The position numbers and the translations under genes are program-made. From positions 17,291 to 81,290 of the forward strand of contig JAAVFV010000018.1 in assembly GCA_014800525.1 (NCBI GenBank): 64,000 nt of DNA. Direction: 5' to 3'. A model generated the notes under the pieces. It made no database searches. It saw nothing but the letters and a program-made list of their open reading frames with translations, and was not told the origin of the DNA. Within the stretch, counting starts at the first letter, position 1, and the number at the start of each line of letters is the position of its first letter. Shown one piece after another: positions 47,935-56,620 of the stretch. Source of the DNA: Bacteroidales bacterium (GTDB taxonomy: Bacteria; Bacteroidota; Bacteroidia; Bacteroidales; Muribaculaceae).

Positions 47935-49311
47935 ATGGACAGACATTTCTGGAAAGACTACAAAGAATATTATCAGCGCCTTTTTCGTCTCGGAATGCCG
48001 GTACTGATCACTCAGTTAGGTATTATAGTGGTGAATTTCGCCGATACGATGATGGTGGGCCATTACGGCACCAACGAACTGGCCTCAGCAGCTTTTGTGA
48101 ATTCTATGTTTGTGGTGGTCACTGTAATGCAGATGGGATTTGCCGCCGGACTCACTCCCCTTATCGGAGCCCTGTTCGGACGCGGTGAACACCATGAAGC
48201 GGGCCGTACGCTCCGCGGTGCGATGCAGGTGAATCTGATTCTTTCTGCCGCATTCACAACCATTATGGCAGGCGTCTATTTCTTCCTCGACCGATTCGGG
48301 CAACCCGATGAACTCCTACCCCTGATACGCAGCTATTACCTCATTATTCTGGGGACGCTCCTTCCGATGGCCCTATTCAATACTCTTCAGCAGACTTGCA
48401 ACGGAATCACCAACACGAAAACCCCGATGTGGTTTATTCTCCTGGCCAATGTACTCAATATCGCGGGAAACTATATCCTGATTTTCGGCCATTTCGGATT
48501 CCCACGCTTAGGGCTTATGGGAGCCGGATTCAGCACTCTTTTCGCTCGTATTGTGGCCGCTGTCGGAATAACGGTCTATTTCTTCATGCGACGTCATTAC
48601 CGTGCCTATCGTGATGGCTTTGCCTCAAAGGAAGGGGTCAGTGAATTAAGGAAACAGGTATGGAACACTTCCTATCCGGTTATGATTCAGAGCGGTGTGG
48701 AGTGTCTGCTATGGTCGTTCGGGGCGATTGCCTGCGGATGGTATGGTAAGATTCAGTTAGCTGCATATCAGGTGGTGACCACAATCTCTCAGCTGGGATT
48801 CATGATATATATGAGTTTCACCACAGCCATATCAATCCTTGTGGCCAATTTCACCGGACAGAAAGCCTGGCTGGCAGTGCGTCGGGTCACCACCGCCGGA
48901 TTACACATGATTCTGGCCCTTGCCACCGCAGCCTCACTTTTCTTCCTGTTCGGCGGGAGTCTCCTTGTGGCCGCATTCACTCCCGACACAATAGTGGAAG
49001 CCTCGGCTTTAGGAATGATTCTCCCTCTTGTGGTGTATCAATATATGGATGCCGTGCAGCTCACATACGCCAATGCCCTTCGCGGAACATCCCATGTGAA
49101 GCCGCTACTCTGGATTTCTCTCACTTGTTACATGGTGATCGGTATCCCGGTGATGCTTCTCTTTGCCCGCAGTTTTGAAGCCGCCAATGCCGGGATATAC
49201 TGGAGTTTCTGCATCGCCTTAGGATTGGCTGCCATAATTCTGGTCACAGTATTCCGTCGCGTGATCCGCAACGAGCAACCCCAATCCCAACCTGATTCAA
49301 TAATGGCATGA
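47935..49311 (+). CDS. MATE-family efflux transporter
   Basis: FADTMMVGH, NYILIFGHFGFP.LG..GAG, about 12 TM segments. Confidence 0.92.
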   Translation: MDRHFWKDYKEYYQRLFRLGMPVLITQLGIIVVNFADTMMVGHYGTNELASAAFVNSMFVVVTVMQMGFAAGLTPLIGALFGRGEHHEAGRTLRGAMQVNLILSAAFTTIMAGVYFFLDRFGQPDELLPLIRSYYLIILGTLLPMALFNTLQQTCNGITNTKTPMWFILLANVLNIAGNYILIFGHFGFPRLGLMGAGFSTLFARIVAAVGITVYFFMRRHYRAYRDGFASKEGVSELRKQVWNTSYPVMIQSGVECLLWSFGAIACGWYGKIQLAAYQVVTTISQLGFMIYMSFTTAISILVANFTGQKAWLAVRRVTTAGLHMILALATAASLFFLFGGSLLVAAFTPDTIVEASALGMILPLVVYQYMDAVQLTYANALRGTSHVKPLLWISLTCYMVIGIPVMLLFARSFEAANAGIYWSFCIALGLAAIILVTVFRRVIRNEQPQSQPDSIMA

Positions 49312-49440
49312 CAAGTCGATGCCACTTCCGGGATTCGTGCCTCCGTAATATGAAGGCTTCCGCAAGATAAAGATATTAAATCAGAAAATTTTACTATCTT
49401 TGTGGGGAAATTTTCAATAAAATTTAAGTAATCACTTTTT

Positions 49441-49911
49441 ATGAAGAGAATTAGAAATTATTTTATCCTGACAGTTACAGCCCTTTGCTGCATGATGATG
49501 CTTGCTGCCTGCGGAGATGATGACGATGATTTCGTTCCCACGGCCGGCAATCTTGCAGGATTCTGGGAATCTGTACATACCAAGGGTTGGGAGAAGATTG
49601 ATGGTGTGATTGAAGAGTCATGGGATGAACCCGAAACCGACACCAGAATCCGATTCTCATCCCAGGGAACATTTGAGATTTTCGATTATGAAGATGGCGA
49701 ATGGGACAATATCGGTATGGGTACATGGACGCTGCAAGGCAGCAACCTGATGATGAATTACGGCTACATGAACGCCACTACCAAGATTCTCACGCTCGAT
49801 GCCAATACACTTGTTACTGAACTCCACGAGAAGAAAACAAATAAGGACGGCAGTGTTGAGGAATATTATTCAGTCGACACTTATCGCAAAATAAGCGATT
49901 CCACCAATTAA
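49441..49911 (+). CDS. Lipocalin-like lipoprotein
   Basis: LAAC lipobox followed by GDDDDD acidic export signal; L.G.W and GTW motifs. Confidence 0.75.
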   Translation: MKRIRNYFILTVTALCCMMMLAACGDDDDDFVPTAGNLAGFWESVHTKGWEKIDGVIEESWDEPETDTRIRFSSQGTFEIFDYEDGEWDNIGMGTWTLQGSNLMMNYGYMNATTKILTLDANTLVTELHEKKTNKDGSVEEYYSVDTYRKISDSTN

Positions 49912-49915
49912 ATTC

Positions 49916-49942
49916 CTGCCCGGGAATTAAATTCCCGGGCAG
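49916..49942. terminator. Hairpin between convergent genes
   Basis: CTGCCCGGGAAT TAA ATTCCCGGGCAG. Confidence 0.65.
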
Positions 49943-50074
49943 TGTTCCATTCCCCGCTGAGTGCGGAGCTCACTACGTGTAGCGTCATAGTGCGCTGAAG
50001 CAATGAGAAAATACATAAAAACTGAGGAGATATTTCATCAATCATGAAGTATCTCCTCAATTTTTGGTGTGTTC

Positions 50075-51028
50075 TTACAGATGGGAAAGCTGTTCCTCGG
50101 CTTTATCGCCGAAATGAGCATTGAACATCTCTCTGGTCCGCTTCCAGCGACGATGGCTCCAGAGCCAGTATTGCGGTGCCTGACGGATATTCTCTTCCAG
50201 GAGACGGAAATATTCTTTCGATGGCTCAAACACCGGTGTGGCTGCGATATCCATGGTGATCGGTACGAACCGCAATGTATAATATCCGCGTCGGGGCCGT
50301 GACATATGGCAATAGAACACATCCGCCTTCAAAAACCGCGAGATGCGCTCCGGACCGGTATAGGCTATCGTGTCATGATTCAGAAAATCCACAAACAGAT
50401 GGGCGTTAAGTCCCGGTGCCTGATCGGCTATGTATCCCGTAACGCTCGGCCGTTTCTCCTTCTTCCATTTCAGCAAAACACGGAAGGTATCCTCCATAGG
50501 GACATTGTGAGCGTGAAAGCGTGTACGCAACCGATAGAAGAATTTATCCGACCCACGATTGTTCAACGGATGATAGATCTGCGCACACGCCGCCTCCGGT
50601 CGGATATGTAACGGCAGCGAACTCACCCATTCCCAATTGCAATAATGGCCGAGATAAAGCGTCACATCGCGTCCACGGCCCACCGCTTCATTCACCATCT
50701 CCAAACCCTCAAGCTGCAGATGGCGGTCGATAAACCGGTCGGACATATGATAGAGTTTTACGGTCTCGAAAAAATAATCTCCCAAGAAGCGATAGAATTC
50801 CTTCGCTATGCACTTCCGCTCCTCTTCTGTCTTCTCGGGAAATGCCTCCGCCAGATTACGGCTGACCACTCCACGCCGATATCTCACCACCGAATGGGCC
50901 AGCCATGCCAGAATATCCGAGAATATATAAAGCAGTCTCAAAGGCAGTAACGACACGGTGCCGCAGAAGCCGGTGAGTGCCCAGTAAGTCAGTTTCTCTT
51001 TAAAGCTTAATTTTTTATCCTTCTCCAT
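50075..51028 (-). CDS. Lipid A late acyltransferase, LpxL/HtrB family
   Basis: GHYCNWE, IADQ, PQYWLWSHRRWK. Confidence 0.9.
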   Translation of the reverse strand: MEKDKKLSFKEKLTYWALTGFCGTVSLLPLRLLYIFSDILAWLAHSVVRYRRGVVSRNLAEAFPEKTEEERKCIAKEFYRFLGDYFFETVKLYHMSDRFIDRHLQLEGLEMVNEAVGRGRDVTLYLGHYCNWEWVSSLPLHIRPEAACAQIYHPLNNRGSDKFFYRLRTRFHAHNVPMEDTFRVLLKWKKEKRPSVTGYIADQAPGLNAHLFVDFLNHDTIAYTGPERISRFLKADVFYCHMSRPRRGYYTLRFVPITMDIAATPVFEPSKEYFRLLEENIRQAPQYWLWSHRRWKRTREMFNAHFGDKAEEQLSHL

Positions 51029-51119
51029 TATTTTCTCTGAAAAATCGCGTAGCTACCTCTGCAAAATAGTCTGTTTATCGCAATAATATAGCATATTTAT
51101 CTCTGCAAGATAGCAGAAA

Positions 51120-51148
51120 AGTCGCCGGAACCATTTTCTCCGGCGACT
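51120..51148 (-). terminator. Terminator of the TolC-HlyD-permease operon
   Basis: AGTCGCCGGA / TCCGGCGACT with adjacent A run. Confidence 0.7.
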
Positions 51149-51155
51149 ATCGGCC

Positions 51156-52355
51156 CTAACAGGGCTTGAAATATTTTCTCAGGCGTCGACGCAACACCCA
51201 TTGCTGGACCATCCATCCGGCTACCAGCCAGCCTCCGGCCACTATCCATGAATGATAGTAGATATCCTTTATCTGGGATAACGATGCGCCATTACTATTC
51301 ATCTTCACAAAGCCCTCGACGCCCCATGTGGCAGGACATACCGCACTCACCGCTCTCCATATCTCCGGCATATCATATCGCGGCCATATCAGACCCGACA
51401 GCAGGAGAAAGACCACCGATGAGAATACCCACGTGACAAACACCTGCTCACGCTCCGCTACAACGGCCTGATAGGTCAGGCCCATGCCGCAGGCTCCCAA
51501 TACTACCGGAACCATCAGAGCCACCTCCTCAAGCAGGTCTCCCTGCATCGGAAAGCGGAAGATCAGCGGAACATAGTGAATCAGGAACAGTATAGGAATG
51601 GCAAGAATGGTCGACCAGCAGAATATCTGACCCAGCATCACGGTGAATGTGGCCGGAGCCTTCTGCGAATTGGGATTATAACCCAAAAGTTCGGGATGTT
51701 CATGCTTGGCTCCGCCTCCCATGCCCGCTGCCAGAAGAATACATTGCTGAAGAATCAGAATCAACACTCCGGGCATGATGAAGGAGTCGAATCCACTCCG
51801 CATATTACCCATGGATATGGAATTCACAGGCATCAGATCGCCGGTGACTACCGTCGTAGCCAATGGCACCACCCGGTTGATATTCTCCGTGCGGATCTCG
51901 CCCCCGATTTCCTGCATCACATTTGTGGCCGCCACCATAAATCCACGATAGCGAAGCAACAGGCTCATGTCGGAATAAAACACTGCCGGTGACACCTCTC
52001 CACGACCGATCTTGCGCTCGAATCCCTCCGGAATCTGAATGATACCATAAGCCTTGTGAGAATTCACCGCATCACGGGCCTCATCCAGATTGGCGGCATA
52101 GCCGAGCACATGTATCTGGTCCGCAGCATCAAGCATCCGCGTGAGTTTACGACTCTTGGGTGTGGCATCCGAATCTATCACCACCACATCCACCTCCTTG
52201 ACCAGCTCCGGATTATAAATCAAGGAATAAATCACCGGATAGGCCAATGGCAGGAACAGCATGAAGAGCATGATGCCCTGATCGTGGGTCACCATCCTGA
52301 ATTCCTTACAGTAGGCCTGATAGAGATGTCTGAAGAATGCCGTTATCTTATTCAT
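51156..52355 (-). CDS. ABC-2-type permease (YbhR/S-like)
   Basis: VVVID.D.T..SR, LLSGLIWP..DMP. Confidence 0.85.
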   Translation of the reverse strand: MNKITAFFRHLYQAYCKEFRMVTHDQGIMLFMLFLPLAYPVIYSLIYNPELVKEVDVVVIDSDATPKSRKLTRMLDAADQIHVLGYAANLDEARDAVNSHKAYGIIQIPEGFERKIGRGEVSPAVFYSDMSLLLRYRGFMVAATNVMQEIGGEIRTENINRVVPLATTVVTGDLMPVNSISMGNMRSGFDSFIMPGVLILILQQCILLAAGMGGGAKHEHPELLGYNPNSQKAPATFTVMLGQIFCWSTILAIPILFLIHYVPLIFRFPMQGDLLEEVALMVPVVLGACGMGLTYQAVVAEREQVFVTWVFSSVVFLLLSGLIWPRYDMPEIWRAVSAVCPATWGVEGFVKMNSNGASLSQIKDIYYHSWIVAGGWLVAGWMVQQWVLRRRLRKYFKPC

Positions 52356-52436
52356 AACTTGATATCAATGAACTTTTTGAGGATTTTACACCCATCTTAA
52401 GGCGCATATACTCATCTTAAGGCGCATACACGGGTC

Positions 52437-53612
52437 TTACGGTACATACACGGGATGCATCATATATTTCTTGATTCTCCAGAGGAGTGTGAGGGGAAGA
52501 ACCATGAATATGATATATGCCACATACCAGATCCTCGAATAATATATGTCGATACCATTTAGAGCCTGGTCGACATAGATAAGGAAATTGTATCTCACAG
52601 GCAGGATATAACTGAAGATAGCCATTCCACCATACATGCTCTGCACCGGGAAAGAGAATGCTGCTAATGAGAATGCCAGGATGCCGGTGAGGGCACAGAC
52701 TGAAAGCGAGAGACGCAGATTGGGGAAGACTCCGAAGATAAACAAGGCGAAACCTTGGCTCGCTAATACAAACATTCCCTCCGATAGCAGAAGCCAGCCC
52801 CAGGAGCCATTCATCGCATAATGTGCATAACGATAGAGGAAGATGGTCATGAAGAATGCCACCACCCACCATATCACGGTCTGGGGGAAGAGTTTACCGA
52901 AGATAGCCTTCACAATCGAACCATTGGCCATCTGCATCAGACGCCGGGAGCCACCGTGCTTGATTTCCTGTCCTAATGTGAAACAGGTCATCACCATGAT
53001 GAGCAGCTGCAGACAGGCCGGAATAAAGGAATTTCCCAGATAGATACCATAGTTGAGATTAGGATTCCCGATTCCGCGCATCTGGATATTGACCGGTTGC
53101 ACCAACGGAGTAAGAGAAGCGGCATTAGCTCCTACCATATCGGCCACAGTGGCAGCCACTCCCACTTTTGTATATACGGCCGTGGTGGCGAATGCCTTGA
53201 AAAGCATCGACCCCGGCACGAAATACGCCATGTTGGTATAATACGTGATCTCCGGCTTTCGGCCGGCAAGAAGATCAGACTGAAAATTTTCCGGAATCAG
53301 AAAGAAACCATATATCCTTCCCTCCTGGAGTGCATTGCGGGCAGCTGAGAAATCATCAAGGGATTCGGTGATGTCGACCATCTCCATACTTCCCAGACTC
53401 TGTGTCACCTCACGGCTCAAGGGCGACCCGTCACGGTCGACCATCGCAGAGGGAACCCGCGTAGGAAGTCCGTTACTGAGCATCGAGGCTATGAACAGGA
53501 AACAGAACAGAGGGATGATCAGAAATCCGAACCAATATATCGGACGTCTGACTATCTGCACCACAGTTCGCTTCATGATGCCACCGACACTATTACTGAA
53601 AGATGAACCCAT
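52437..53612 (-). CDS. ABC-2-type permease (YbhR/S-like)
   Basis: VDRDGSPLSR, NPNLNY, FSFPVQSM. Confidence 0.85.
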   Translation of the reverse strand: MGSSFSNSVGGIMKRTVVQIVRRPIYWFGFLIIPLFCFLFIASMLSNGLPTRVPSAMVDRDGSPLSREVTQSLGSMEMVDITESLDDFSAARNALQEGRIYGFFLIPENFQSDLLAGRKPEITYYTNMAYFVPGSMLFKAFATTAVYTKVGVAATVADMVGANAASLTPLVQPVNIQMRGIGNPNLNYGIYLGNSFIPACLQLLIMVMTCFTLGQEIKHGGSRRLMQMANGSIVKAIFGKLFPQTVIWWVVAFFMTIFLYRYAHYAMNGSWGWLLLSEGMFVLASQGFALFIFGVFPNLRLSLSVCALTGILAFSLAAFSFPVQSMYGGMAIFSYILPVRYNFLIYVDQALNGIDIYYSRIWYVAYIIFMVLPLTLLWRIKKYMMHPVYVP

Positions 53613-53699
53613 ATGAAATGGTCTGTACTTAAGAAGATTGAGACCCTAAGATCTCATTGACCTCACGTTTTTATAATATCATTTGCGATTCAGGAGGAA

Positions 53700-54734
53700 T
53701 TATTCCTCGAGGATAGCCGACATACCGGGACGGAAACCATCGACCGGCTTTTCCGGACGCGCCTTAATCTGGAATGTGCGCGCATCGTAATCGCCGGTAG
53801 CCTTGGTGGCCTGCCAGTTAGCGTAGGTGCCGAGGTCTTTGATATAGAACACCTTCATATCCACAGTCTTATCCAGAGCCGGGATACGCACCTTGATTGT
53901 AGAGCCGTTGCGGATATTCTTAAGAGATGTCTCCCGCACATTGAACACTGCCCAGTGGTCGTTCTTCTGGATTGTCATGATGGGAGCACCTGTGGCCACG
54001 AGTTCGCTTACATTAGGATAGACCACAATCACCTCTCCATCGCAAGGAGCCACAAGATACTGGTCTTCAAGGATTGCCTTCACACCTTTCACCTGCCCGC
54101 TGGCCGCCTTCACCATAGAGGCTGCGGCTTGCTTATCTTCGGCCTGAGCCCCGGCTTTGGCCAGATCATACTGACTCTTGGCTGCGGCCTCTCCGGCCAC
54201 AGCAGCATCATATGCAGCTTTAGCCTCATCGCGCTTCTGAGCCGAAACCACTCCTTTCTCAAAGAGATTCTGCATGCGCTCATAAGTTTTGCGGGTGATA
54301 CCGGCAGCTGCCTGCGCCTGGGTCCAGAGATCGCGGGCTCCGGCGATAATTTGCGAACGCGTTCCGGCATCCACCTTGCGGTCGGTGGCCTTTGCCACAT
54401 CCTCCATAGCCTGCGCCTGATCAAGCTGGGCATCTACAAGTGAGGAATGGATTCTCACAAGTGTATCGCCGGCCTTCACCGGCTGTCCCTCTTCTACATA
54501 AAGTTCGGCCACTCGTCCGGGCATCTTTCCCGAAATACGAATCTCTGTGGCATCTCCCTGACCCTGGATCACATCGGGAGCGGGCTTGATTACCAGAAAT
54601 CCGAATACAGCGAGTCCGGCGAGAACTATCATCACAATTAGCATCGTAAGGATCAGACCCTTATCACGGTTGGTCACCTCTACGGGCTCCACGGCGCCGG
54701 AGGGGGCGATTGGTGTGTTATCTTGATTTGCCAT
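53700..54734 (-). CDS. HlyD-family membrane-fusion adaptor
   Basis: GRVAELYVEEGQPVKAGD lipoyl half, coiled coil, FRPGMS. Confidence 0.92.
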   Translation of the reverse strand: MANQDNTPIAPSGAVEPVEVTNRDKGLILTMLIVMIVLAGLAVFGFLVIKPAPDVIQGQGDATEIRISGKMPGRVAELYVEEGQPVKAGDTLVRIHSSLVDAQLDQAQAMEDVAKATDRKVDAGTRSQIIAGARDLWTQAQAAAGITRKTYERMQNLFEKGVVSAQKRDEAKAAYDAAVAGEAAAKSQYDLAKAGAQAEDKQAAASMVKAASGQVKGVKAILEDQYLVAPCDGEVIVVYPNVSELVATGAPIMTIQKNDHWAVFNVRETSLKNIRNGSTIKVRIPALDKTVDMKVFYIKDLGTYANWQATKATGDYDARTFQIKARPEKPVDGFRPGMSAILEE

Positions 54735-54858
54735 AATAAGTAGCTACTTAGCTTTTTAGTTTCTTTGTGGTTAGATTTCAGATGTGTTTACCGAATCTCC
54801 GGTGAAGCTTAGATGTCAGCGTCAGAAGATCGGATAGAAGAGGAGCTTAAGATTCCAT

Positions 54859-56298
54859 CTAATAATTCAAACGTCCGAGCACTTTGGCGAGATAGACCTC
54901 GCAGAGATGAATTCCTATTTCGGCATCGATTTTCTCGGAATTTGCCTGCAGCCACGCAGTCTGGGCGGCAATCACATCGTCAGTGGTCAGCACTCCCTCC
55001 TTGAAGCCGAAGCGGGCATTCGAGAGGTTCTCTTCCGCACTCTTCATATTGGCCAGGGTCATATCATAGGTTTTGAAAGCCTCCTGATATGAGAATTTAG
55101 CCTGATTCACCTGTAATTCCACCTTCTCCTCCATGTCCTCAAGCAAGAGGCGCTGGGCATTGGTGGCAGCCTGTGAGGCACGATAGCGGTTATAGTTACC
55201 TCCCCAATGCCAGAGAGGTACGGTCAGAGTGGCGCCTACCGAGAACCCTCCTCCGAACTTCCGGTGGAATCCATCATTAAGATTCGGATTAGAAAACTCA
55301 TATGCACCGACCACCGCCACTTTCGGAAGCATCTCGCTCATCGTGAGCTTCTCCTTATGTTTCAGCAGCGACACTCCCTGACGCAGGGCCTCAAGGTCCT
55401 GACGGCGGGCAAAGACATCCTCCATCTGATAGCTCACTTCAGGAGCCACTTCCGGACGCGAGGTATAATTCTCATCCTGAAGTGTCATATTGGAATTCAC
55501 GGGGAGTCCGCAGATCTGGGCCAATGCCATACGTGAGAGAGTCAGACCGTTATCCACCTTCGTAAGGGCGATTCGGGCCTCATTAAGCTTTACATCGACT
55601 GTAAGGAGATCGCTGCGCGTGGCCACTCCCTCATCAAGCATCGCCTGCACATTATAATGGAGTGTATCCACAAGATTAACAAAGCTCTCGGCAAGAGCCT
55701 TCTTCGCCTTCAATGACACCACCATCCAATAGGCCTCATCCACGGCAAACACCACATCCTGAACCACACTGTTGCGCGCCGCAATAGCTGCCTGCTCGGC
55801 AAATTTGGTGATTTCATTCAGTGCGCGTATCTGACCGCCCATATAGACGGGCTGCGTAATCGTGAAAGCCCCGGCAAAGACGTTATGGGTGTTGAAACTC
55901 ATCGCTTCTTTCGGAATCACAGCCACTTCCGTCGGGATGTAGCTTCCTGTTGCCGGATCCTTCACCGGGCCATCAGGGCCCACAAGAATATTGGGAACAT
56001 ACTTACCGGATAAGGGGTCAAATGTCATTGTGGGGAGCTTGGCATTCTCCGACAGCAGATTGATGGTCCGCTGGTTATACATGTACCCTCCCGTGAAATC
56101 CACTCCCGGAAGATAGGCTGCATGAGCGGCTTTCCGCTCATAACCCGCTCCCTTGATTGCCTGCTCGGCAATCCGGATATTCTTATTGTTCCCGATTGCC
56201 AGACTCCGGCAGGAGTCGAGCGAGAACACCTGCGCGGATCCCGTAAGAGCCCATGCTCCCATAAGACCGGCTGTGAATAGGATATGAAGATGCTTCAT
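54859..56298 (-). CDS. TolC-family outer-membrane efflux protein
   Basis: Signal peptide, ITQPVYMGG, LTVPLWHWG, FKEGVLT. Confidence 0.92.
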   Translation of the reverse strand: MKHLHILFTAGLMGAWALTGSAQVFSLDSCRSLAIGNNKNIRIAEQAIKGAGYERKAAHAAYLPGVDFTGGYMYNQRTINLLSENAKLPTMTFDPLSGKYVPNILVGPDGPVKDPATGSYIPTEVAVIPKEAMSFNTHNVFAGAFTITQPVYMGGQIRALNEITKFAEQAAIAARNSVVQDVVFAVDEAYWMVVSLKAKKALAESFVNLVDTLHYNVQAMLDEGVATRSDLLTVDVKLNEARIALTKVDNGLTLSRMALAQICGLPVNSNMTLQDENYTSRPEVAPEVSYQMEDVFARRQDLEALRQGVSLLKHKEKLTMSEMLPKVAVVGAYEFSNPNLNDGFHRKFGGGFSVGATLTVPLWHWGGNYNRYRASQAATNAQRLLLEDMEEKVELQVNQAKFSYQEAFKTYDMTLANMKSAEENLSNARFGFKEGVLTTDDVIAAQTAWLQANSEKIDAEIGIHLCEVYLAKVLGRLNY

Positions 56299-56581
56299 TT
56301 TATGTATTCTGGATACTGATCGATGATATGGCCGACCGCGTATTAGTTTAGTAGAGTTTAAAATCGCCTGCGGAGTGATGATGGAGAGTTGGATTGCTAA
56401 TATGGATTTATTTCCTTCCGGAAATCATTCTCCGCTTATACTATAAGTACAATGTAAGAGGGGGTTTTGTTTCAGTGATTGTTAAAAAATGTACATTCAC
56501 CCCTGTTTGATTCCGTTCATTTCATTTAGACCCCTATTCTATTTTTGTAGCTGCCTGCCCAGTTGTAACTCTGCCTGATTA

Positions 56582-56613
56582 CTTTGCAGTCTGCGACTTT
56601 TCAATTATCTTTG
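56582..56613 (+). promoter_or_regulatory. Promoter (-33 TTTG, -7 TATCTTTG) ending 7 nt before the ATG
   Basis: CTTTGC...TATCTTTGCATCGTC ATG. Confidence 0.7.
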
Positions 56614-56620
56614 CATCGTC

